Assembly: GCA_018696595.1 (NCBI GenBank)
Contig: JABHQW010000002.1
Coordinates: 1-64,000 of the forward strand
Length of the DNA stretch: 64,000 nt
Direction of reading: 5' to 3'
Source: Candidatus Woesearchaeota archaeon
Lineage (GTDB): Archaea; Nanobdellota; Nanobdellia; Woesearchaeales; GW2011-AR9
Position numbers and translations under genes: made by a program. Shown here in pieces: positions 48,927 through 55,833 of this stretch; the first letter of the stretch is position 1, and the number at the start of each line of letters is the position of its first letter. The notes beneath the pieces are model-generated. The model was given only the letters and a program-made list of their open reading frames with translations, made no database searches and had not been told where the DNA came from.

Positions 48927-49049
48927 ATGAGCAGGGCCGAGTTCGCTTCTTCTATGTAAAATAAGAGTGCGGTTCCCCCCGGATGGGGCTTCCCCCACCG
49001 CAGACTGATGTTTTCTTCTATAAAACGCTCACGAGTTGGCGCTGCTCAT
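48927..49049. repeat. Intergenic palindromic element, family B (core 48968..49010)
   Basis: Outer stem ATGAGCAG/CTGCTCAT. Core TGCGGT-TCCC-CCC-GGAT-GGG-GCT-TCCCCC-ACCGCA-GA-CT-GATG. Confidence 0.75.
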
Positions 49050-49058
49050 TGTATCTGA

Positions 49059-51596
49059 TTATAACTCACAGCTGCCTTTGAATCCGCACTGGCTGGAACA
49101 TTCTGTACAACCACCAATCTTGACCATCACTCCTTCCTTACAAGCCGGACAACGTTGACCTGCTTTTGATCCGTACTCTTCTGAATTATCAACAAACGAT
49201 TCTTTTTTTGTTGCAATATTTTTTTCAATCTCTTCTTCATTTTTGCCTTCTGCGCTAAGAGCATTCTTAGTTTCAGTATCTTCTGAGGTAGATAAAACTT
49301 GTTCTGCTCTACTTTGGTCCACATAAACTGTTAATCCTTTACAGCCAAGATCATAACCCATCTCATAAATTTTCTTAGTTTCCTCTACAGTGAAGCCACT
49401 TGGAACATTAACTGTTTTACTGATTGAAGAATCTGTCCATTTTTGAATTACTGCTTGTGTTCGAACATGATCTTCTGGTTTTAGGTCCATCGCAGCAACA
49501 AAGTAATTTGGGAAAGACCCATCTTCTTGTTTTGCTTCTTCAGCAATTGGAATTAAGACTTTATGGAATCCTAGTCTTGACTGTTGATAATATTCAAACG
49601 CATAGTAGGGTTCAATTCCAGTAGATGTATTTAACATACTGCCAACAGTGCCAGTTGGTGCTTGAGTAGTTAAAGTTACATTTCTCATTCCATTCTTGTA
49701 AATAGTATCTTGTACTTCTTTAGATAACTGTTTAACAAATTCTGATTGCATAAACTTTTCTCGATTATATCTTGGGAATGAACCTTTTTCACTAGCTAAT
49801 TCGCTAGAAGCTAGGTACATCTCTTCAATAATTGTTTTATACAATTTGTCTAAGAAAATTAAACTATCCTCTGCCCCATACTTGATTCTTAATTTGATTA
49901 GCAGTTCTGCCAACCCTAAAGTGCCAGCACCAATTCTTCTTTCTGATTTCTGGTTCTTTTCATTCTCTGCGAAATGATAAGGGGTTAAGTCAATGATGTT
50001 GTCCAAGAATCTAATCAATATGCGGGCAGATTTCTTTAACTGTTCCCAATCCATCTCATAAATCTTACCAATCGGATCAGTTCCAACTTGTTTAGCAAAA
50101 CTTGCTAAATATAAATGTCCCAAATTACAAACTCCCCAGGCAGGTAAACCTTGTTCTCCACAAGGGTTTGTACAGATTAGTTCATTATAATACCAAGAAT
50201 TGCTTAACTTATTGTACCGTTCCATGAACACTACACCTGGTTCGGCACTTTTATGAGCAGAACTAATAATTAAGTCCCATAATTCTCTGGCATTAATAGT
50301 TTTGTAAACTTTTGTTGGGTATCCTTTCTTTTTCCAAGTTCTAACGTTACCATCCCATTCATTTTCATAAGCTTCAAAATTTTCTTCATAATCTGGATAT
50401 TCTAAATTCCACATGCCATTACTTTTTACTTTTTCCATGAACTCATCTGATACTTTAACAGAAATGTTAGCATTTTCAATCATTCCTTTTTGTTTTTTTG
50501 ATCCAATAAACTCAATTACGTCTGGGTGCCAATCATCTAACATTAACATTAATGCTCCTCTTCTCGATCCGCCTTGTTCAATCAAACCAGTAGCGAAAGA
50601 ATAAATTCCTCCCCACGAAACAGCTCCTGAAGATTTCCCATGTACTCCTCTTACAATCGCATATCTTGGTCTTAATGTTGATAGGCAAAGTCCCACTCCT
50701 CCACCTCGAGACATGACTTCTGTTAATACTCCTAACGTTTCTAAGATTCCTCCCCTTGAATCTTTTGGGGAAGGTAAAACGTAGCAGTTATACAAAGTCC
50801 AATTAGAAATTACTTCTCCTCCTTTGCTAGAGGTTGCTCCAGCCATGATTCTTCCTGCTGGTTGGATTCTTTTTTGTTTAAGTTCTTCTAAAAATTCTTT
50901 TTCCCAAAAGTTTTTTCTCTCAATGTTATCTTCTAAGCTGGAAGCAGCTTTAGCAATTCTTTTGTAAGAATCTAATACTGCTTCTTGCGCTTTGTCAACT
51001 TTCCAGATTGATTGGGAAAACTCTTTTTCTAAATCTATTAAATAGAACTTTCCTAATTCTCCTTCTATTGAAAGAGTAATTGCTAACTCTTTTTTTGGAA
51101 AGCGAGAATCTTCTTTTGTGATAACAATTACTAAGTCACCAACACGAATATTTCTATCTTGATCTTTTTGTGAGTATCGGTCTAAGAAAATTAATCTTCC
51201 TAACTTGCTGAAACCCTTAGAATTGTTTAAAATGTGAATTGCTTGGGCACTTAAATAGATGTCTTTACTTAATAAATTGTCTACATTTTTACAATTACTT
51301 ATTGCGGACTCATTTCTTACTAAAGATCTTCTGTATCTATAAATAATAAACTCTTTTGCTAATTCTACGTGTCCTTCTTCAATCAGAACTTTTTCTACCA
51401 CATCTTGAACAATCTCAATATCGGGAACTTCATCATCCATTAATTCTAAATATTCAGTAATCTTATTTGCCAGTTCGTTTGCTAACGGTAAGTTTGGTTC
51501 TCCAATTGATTGTGATGCTTTAAATATTGCATTAGCAATTCTGGAAACATCAAACTTTGTAGCAATTCCATCTCTTTTTTTAATTTGTTCTATCAT
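49059..51596 (-). CDS. nrdJ: Class II (AdoCbl-dependent) ribonucleotide reductase with N-terminal ATP-cone and C-terminal Zn ribbon
   Basis: IKKRDG ATP-cone, QPAGR, LYNCYV, MSRGGGVG, TNPCGE, CNLG, APTGT, SISKTVN and CPAC...CTEC. Confidence 0.95.
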   Translation of the reverse strand: MIEQIKKRDGIATKFDVSRIANAIFKASQSIGEPNLPLANELANKITEYLELMDDEVPDIEIVQDVVEKVLIEEGHVELAKEFIIYRYRRSLVRNESAISNCKNVDNLLSKDIYLSAQAIHILNNSKGFSKLGRLIFLDRYSQKDQDRNIRVGDLVIVITKEDSRFPKKELAITLSIEGELGKFYLIDLEKEFSQSIWKVDKAQEAVLDSYKRIAKAASSLEDNIERKNFWEKEFLEELKQKRIQPAGRIMAGATSSKGGEVISNWTLYNCYVLPSPKDSRGGILETLGVLTEVMSRGGGVGLCLSTLRPRYAIVRGVHGKSSGAVSWGGIYSFATGLIEQGGSRRGALMLMLDDWHPDVIEFIGSKKQKGMIENANISVKVSDEFMEKVKSNGMWNLEYPDYEENFEAYENEWDGNVRTWKKKGYPTKVYKTINARELWDLIISSAHKSAEPGVVFMERYNKLSNSWYYNELICTNPCGEQGLPAWGVCNLGHLYLASFAKQVGTDPIGKIYEMDWEQLKKSARILIRFLDNIIDLTPYHFAENEKNQKSERRIGAGTLGLAELLIKLRIKYGAEDSLIFLDKLYKTIIEEMYLASSELASEKGSFPRYNREKFMQSEFVKQLSKEVQDTIYKNGMRNVTLTTQAPTGTVGSMLNTSTGIEPYYAFEYYQQSRLGFHKVLIPIAEEAKQEDGSFPNYFVAAMDLKPEDHVRTQAVIQKWTDSSISKTVNVPSGFTVEETKKIYEMGYDLGCKGLTVYVDQSRAEQVLSTSEDTETKNALSAEGKNEEEIEKNIATKKESFVDNSEEYGSKAGQRCPACKEGVMVKIGGCTECSSQCGFKGSCEL

Positions 51597-51597
51597 T

Positions 51598-52041
51598 TTA
51601 ACTTCCTCCTTTAATAATCGTGTTGATTTCTTTTTTCAATATTTCTGGGTCATCAATTTCTTTATGTACAGAAGCGAATCTGAGATACGATATTTTGTCA
51701 TGTTTTTTTAATTCTTTTAAGACTACTTTTCCAATCTCGCTTGTTTTTAATGGGTTCATCTTTTTGTTTAATATTCTCATTTCAATTTTTTTTGTAAGGT
51801 TGGTTAGAATTTCTTCTGGGGTTTTTCCACAAGCTTTACTTACGCTTTCTTCAATTTTTTTTAGGTTGAATTCTTGCTCTTTCCCATCTCTTTTAATCAC
51901 TTTAAAATGGATCTTAGCTTTTTCATAAGTTGTAAATCTGTTTGTACAATTTAAACATTCCCTTCTTCTCCTTATTGATTCATTGAGAAGTCTAGATTCA
52001 AGCACTTTTGTATCTGTTTTTGAGCAAAATGGACAATACAT
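51598..52041 (-). CDS. nrdR: Transcriptional repressor NrdR
   Basis: MYCPFC..TDTKVLESR, IRRRRECLNCTNRFTTYE, ATP-cone VIKRDG and YLRFASVH. Confidence 0.96.
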   Translation of the reverse strand: MYCPFCSKTDTKVLESRLLNESIRRRRECLNCTNRFTTYEKAKIHFKVIKRDGKEQEFNLKKIEESVSKACGKTPEEILTNLTKKIEMRILNKKMNPLKTSEIGKVVLKELKKHDKISYLRFASVHKEIDDPEILKKEINTIIKGGS

Positions 52042-52065
52042 CTTTTCACCTTTTTTAATAGCGAC

Positions 52066-52111
52066 ACACTACATCTGGGGGTCTTTGTTGTTTTGGTTTC
52101 CCCATCTTGTG
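52066..52111 (-). promoter_or_regulatory. Tandem NrdR boxes upstream of nrdR-nrdJ-cobO
   Basis: ACACTACATCTGGGG (52066..52080) and TTTCCCCATCTTGTG (52097..52111), offset 31 bp. They lie between a minus-strand TATTTAAA box near 52138..52145 and the AGGTGA RBS. Confidence 0.7.
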
Positions 52112-52228
52112 TTTTCTGTTTTTTAGAAAAATAATTGGTTTAAATACTTTCTAGTGTTATGGTATATATTCTCTAAACTACAAATGTATTCCAATAATCT
52201 TTTAAACCCAAACATTTTCCTTTAACTT

Positions 52229-52747
52229 ATGATTTTAATGTTAATCTTGAAAAGTTTGTATTTCTTTTTGCCAGCTTACCTAGCAAATCTTATTCCACCA
52301 TTGTTGAAGAATGTTCCTTTTCTAGACAAACCAGTTTCAGAAAAACATTTTGGCAGTCATAAAACTTGGCGAGGAATTGTAGCGGCAATTATTTTAGGGG
52401 GATTTGTATTTTGGTTACAGAAAATTTCTTACTTTAATGGGTATACCAAACTTGCTTTAATTGATTACAATGGTTTTTCGGTCTTGTTAGGCTTTCTGTT
52501 AGGTGCAGGAGCAATCTTTGGAGATTTAGTTAAAAGTTATTTTAAAAGAAAGTCTGGTGTTAAACCAGGAGAATCTTGGAAACCGTGGGATCAACTTGAT
52601 TTTGTTATTGGTGCAATCTTATTATCTTTTTTTGTTTACGTTCCCAGAGCGGAAGTGATTTTAGTTCTTTTACTTGTTAGTCCTTTGTTACACATCTTGT
52701 TTAACTTATTGGGATATTGGCTGAAGATCAACAAGAGTGTTTGGTGA
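52229..52747 (+). CDS. carS: CDP-archaeol synthase (DUF46 family)
   Basis: FLPAYLAN, FGSHKTWRG, GAIFGDLVKSYFKRK and PWDQLDF. Confidence 0.88.
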   Translation: MILMLILKSLYFFLPAYLANLIPPLLKNVPFLDKPVSEKHFGSHKTWRGIVAAIILGGFVFWLQKISYFNGYTKLALIDYNGFSVLLGFLLGAGAIFGDLVKSYFKRKSGVKPGESWKPWDQLDFVIGAILLSFFVYVPRAEVILVLLLVSPLLHILFNLLGYWLKINKSVW

Positions 52748-52749
52748 CT

Positions 52750-53337
52750 CTACGCTTTTCTTATTTCTTTAACAAAATGCTGTAATTGTAAAGCTAAAGA
52801 ATAAACGATAAACCCACCAACAATTAAGTAAGTTGCCGTAAGGATAAAAGTATTGCCAATTGGGTGAAATAAGATTCCAATTGGATAGAACATGAACGGA
52901 ATTAACAAACCGGTTCTTACAAACACTACTGGGTATTCAAATTTAGAAGAGAAGTAAACTAATTGAGTTATAATTAACAATCCTAATATAATATAAACAT
53001 AGTAATCTTGTAAGTACCAACCTAATTTAATTAAAGTTATAATAGCAATTGTTCTGTCTGTAATCAAATCATAATATTGTCCAAATTTAGTTGGTTGAGA
53101 AGCTTTAGCAATTAGTCCATCTAAACCATCGGCAATTAAATGTAATATTGCAAAGACAACAAATAACAAATGGTTAGAGAATAGAAAGTAAACTGTTAAG
53201 ATTCCTAATATTAATGAGATGGTGGTCATAGTGTTGGCAGAGATTCCTAAATCATAGAAAAACCGACCCCATTTTAAAAAATTCTTTTCTTTAAATTCTC
53301 TGCATTTGGCCACAAACTTTTGATTTGAACTTTCCAT
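52750..53337 (-). CDS. CDP-alcohol phosphatidyltransferase family protein
   Basis: ISANTMT and the signature ADGLDGLIAK...TKFGQYYDLITD. Confidence 0.88.
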   Translation of the reverse strand: MESSNQKFVAKCREFKEKNFLKWGRFFYDLGISANTMTTISLILGILTVYFLFSNHLLFVVFAILHLIADGLDGLIAKASQPTKFGQYYDLITDRTIAIITLIKLGWYLQDYYVYIILGLLIITQLVYFSSKFEYPVVFVRTGLLIPFMFYPIGILFHPIGNTFILTATYLIVGGFIVYSLALQLQHFVKEIRKA

Positions 53338-53401
53338 CAGAAAGATATATATAACAGAGACTATATAAAAAGTTTCCTATATAATGGCTTTACAGTAAGT
53401 A

Positions 53402-53521
53402 TAGTTAGCATCGACTCACTCTTTTGTTTGTGGATCTGATTGTGGTCCTCCCCGTAAGGGACGTCCCCCACCACAGAAAGATGTTTAGTCGATTATATCG
53501 TTCGTATATTGATGCTAACTA
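53402..53521. repeat. Intergenic palindromic element, family B (core 53441..53483)
   Basis: Perfect 11-bp outer stem TAGTTAGCATC/GATGCTAACTA. The core is ungapped 33/43 identical to 48968..49010, with a compensatory C-G to T-A change. Confidence 0.78.
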
Positions 53522-53543
53522 AACTTATACTGCTTATAACAAA

Positions 53544-54197
53544 ATGAAACGACTATTTATTGAGACTAAATATGAAGGCAAACTGACTTTGCCAAAGGAA
53601 TTAATAGAACAATTACCACAAAAGATTGTTCTAGCTATGCCTGTACAGTTTCTTGATTTTGTAGATTCTATTAAAGAACAATTAGTGGGGAAAGAAGTTA
53701 CTTTATTCAAAAGCAAACATGGAATGCATCCTGGACAAGCTTTAGGTTGCGCCATTGAGAAGTTTCCTGGAGATTTTGAAGTGTTCCTTTACATTGGCGA
53801 TGGTAAGTTTCATCCAACAGCTTTATTATATGAGAACGAGAAGAAAGTTTATTGTTACAATCCTTTTAATAATCAGATTGAAATTTTAGATCAAGATTAT
53901 TTAGAAAAAGTTCATAAGAAAAGAAAAGGTCAGTTAGCAAAATTCTTATCTTCAGATAATATTGGTTTATTAGTTACTACTAAACCTGGTCAGAATCAAA
54001 GTAAGAAAGCTGAAGAGTTACGTTTGAAGCTAGAAGAGAAAGGCAAGAACGTTTTTGTTTTCCTTGCCGATGATATTGATTTTAATTCTTTAGAAAACTT
54101 TAATTTTATTGAATCTTGGATAAATACTGCTTGCCCTCGAATTGTTGAGGATTTTAAGTGTTTAAATTGGATGGATTTAGCCGAGATTGGATTCTAA
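53544..54197 (+). CDS. dph2: Diphthamide synthesis Dph2-like protein lacking the N-terminal domain
   Basis: PGQALGC, YIGDGKFH, GLLVTTKPGQ and WINTACPRI. Only 217 aa. Confidence 0.85.
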   Translation: MKRLFIETKYEGKLTLPKELIEQLPQKIVLAMPVQFLDFVDSIKEQLVGKEVTLFKSKHGMHPGQALGCAIEKFPGDFEVFLYIGDGKFHPTALLYENEKKVYCYNPFNNQIEILDQDYLEKVHKKRKGQLAKFLSSDNIGLLVTTKPGQNQSKKAEELRLKLEEKGKNVFVFLADDIDFNSLENFNFIESWINTACPRIVEDFKCLNWMDLAEIGF

Positions 54198-54240
54198 TTC
54201 CAGAAATTATTTAAATGATTAACTTGATTTTTTTATTAAA

Positions 54241-54630
54241 ATGGCTGAAGAATTATATGTGATTAATACAGAAGTAGATTCATTTTTTGTTAATCCTTTT
54301 GTAAATGAATGTCTTAGAACATATGCAGGAGCACATCGGGAATTTGTTGCTAAAATACAAGAAGCTCTTCCTTCTTTCAATCTCCCTTATCTTGCTTTGT
54401 TTTCTAATGGTCTCTTTTATGCTCCAGAAATGATTAGGCCGGCTAGTGGAGATAGTGGTAATATCAATAATCTTAGAATTGGTCTTAGTGGGCTTGTTGA
54501 AGAATTATTGGAAGAAGGCCCAGGGATTAAACCAATAACGGCAATAGTAGAATTTTCTTTAGAAGAGCTTTATCCTGAAGAGATGAGACAATTAGGGGAA
54601 AGATACGATCTTAAGAGGATGATTGTTTAA
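54241..54630 (+). CDS. Hypothetical protein (129 aa)
   Basis: ORF only. Confidence 0.55.
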   Translation: MAEELYVINTEVDSFFVNPFVNECLRTYAGAHREFVAKIQEALPSFNLPYLALFSNGLFYAPEMIRPASGDSGNINNLRIGLSGLVEELLEEGPGIKPITAIVEFSLEELYPEEMRQLGERYDLKRMIV

Positions 54631-54761
54631 CTTTTAATTCTCTCGTCGGGTATTCGACGGATAAAACACGAAAGATTTAAATACCCTAAAGATTTCTCTT
54701 CAGCTAAGAAAAACTTAGTTTTTCCTAATAAAATAAAACAAAAAGAGGAGGGTGATTGCAA

Positions 54762-55268
54762 ATGGCACAAGTCGTAGCAAAAACTGGAATTAAAAAAGAA
54801 TCAGGCTGGCTATATTTTCTTGATAAAAGTGGAAACGTAGCTTGCGCTCAAATGAGCCGAGCTGGAAGAAAAAAAGGTCGAGCAAAGAAAAAAGTAGTAG
54901 CAAAAGTTGGTGTTAAGAAAGAATCTGGTTATTTATACTTTATCGATAAGAAAGGTAATGTAGCTAGAGCAAAGATGGCTAGAGGAAGAAAAAAGGGCAA
55001 AAAGAAAGTTGCTAAAAAGAAAGCTAAGAAAAAAGTTGCTAAGAAGAAGGTAGTTAAGAGAAAAGTAGCTAAGAAGAAAGTAACTAAAAAGAAAGTAGCT
55101 AAGAAAAAGCCTGTTAAGAAGAAAGCTGTGAAAAAGAAAGCTGTTAAGAAAAAAGTTGCTAAAAAGAAAGCTGTGAAGAAGAAAGTAGTTAAGAAAAAGG
55201 CAGCTAAGAAGAAAGTAGTTAAAAAGAAAGCAGCTAAAAAGAAAGCAGTTAAGAAAAGAAAAAGGTAA
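54762..55268 (+). CDS. Cc1-like chromatin protein domain fused to a histone-H1-like Lys-rich tail
   Basis: Duplicated G(I/V)KKESG(W/Y)LYF(L/I)DK.GNVA.A.M.R module, then about 90 aa of (A/V)(A/V/T)KKK pentapeptides. Strong GAGGAGGGTGA RBS. Start moved from 54756. Confidence 0.7.
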   Translation: MAQVVAKTGIKKESGWLYFLDKSGNVACAQMSRAGRKKGRAKKKVVAKVGVKKESGYLYFIDKKGNVARAKMARGRKKGKKKVAKKKAKKKVAKKKVVKRKVAKKKVTKKKVAKKKPVKKKAVKKKAVKKKVAKKKAVKKKVVKKKAAKKKVVKKKAAKKKAVKKRKR

Positions 55269-55269
55269 A

Positions 55270-55307
55270 TTCTTTTTTCTTTATTTTTTTTATTTTTATT
55301 TTTTTTT
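55270..55307 (+). terminator. Long oligo-T terminator
   Basis: T-rich tract directly after the stop codon. Confidence 0.55.
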
Positions 55308-55345
55308 GAGTTAAGTTTAATAATTAAGTGTATTTCTATCAAAAA

Positions 55346-55810
55346 ATGATTCGTAAAACTAAAGAAGATGATTTTGAACAGTTAGTTTATTTAGATGCCA
55401 ATAGTGGACACATATTTTATGAAAAAAAACCGGAATGGAAGAAAGGGATTTCAGAATGGTTTAGAGGAATGTTTGATAACATAAATAATGATTTCTATGT
55501 ATATGAAGAAGATGGTAAAATTGTTGGTGCAATTGGATTAGATAAAGATTTCCCAATACATAATTCTTGCGGGATTATTTTCTTAGCTGTTCTTAAAGAA
55601 GAACACAGGAAAGGTATTGGGAAGAAGTTGGTTCAATTTATTGAGAATAAAGCTAAAGAAAATGGTAATGAAAGAATATTTCTTTATACTGGTGATGACA
55701 ATACTTCAGCTCAAGGGTTTTATTTGAAATTAGGTTATGAGAAAATTAATGAATTTCCGGGATATTATAGTTGGGGACAAACTGCTTTCTTATATGGTAA
55801 GAAATTATAA
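55346..55810 (+). CDS. GNAT-family N-acetyltransferase
   Basis: MIRK..EDD, EEDGKIVG, LAVLKEEHRKGIGKKL and NTSAQGFYLKLGY. Confidence 0.92.
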   Translation: MIRKTKEDDFEQLVYLDANSGHIFYEKKPEWKKGISEWFRGMFDNINNDFYVYEEDGKIVGAIGLDKDFPIHNSCGIIFLAVLKEEHRKGIGKKLVQFIENKAKENGNERIFLYTGDDNTSAQGFYLKLGYEKINEFPGYYSWGQTAFLYGKKL

Positions 55811-55833
55811 AAAGAAAAAGAAAAGAAAAAAAA

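Noticed and set aside
48927-49049. Cobalamin riboswitch upstream of cobO
   Set aside because: The B12-box and GGGAA/kissing-loop consensus elements were not found, and the same core recurs at 53441 next to genes unrelated to B12.
42307-51596. Inteins or introns in polB and nrdJ (also checked lonB)
   Set aside because: Catalytic motifs are contiguous, lengths are normal, and no C...HN intein ends or LAGLIDADG motifs were seen.
53402-53521. RNase P or SRP RNA
   Set aside because: Too short. It lacks the GAGGAA(A/G)UCC P4 partner and the SRP helix 8 motif; ACAGAAA alone is insufficient.
54644-54718. Small hairpins upstream of the chromatin gene (CGTCG/CGACG and CTAAG/CTTAG)
   Set aside because: 5-bp stems are expected by chance and share no core with families A or B.
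54929-55342. Phe-rich minus-strand ORF
   Set aside because: Reverse complement of the Lys-rich tail codons.
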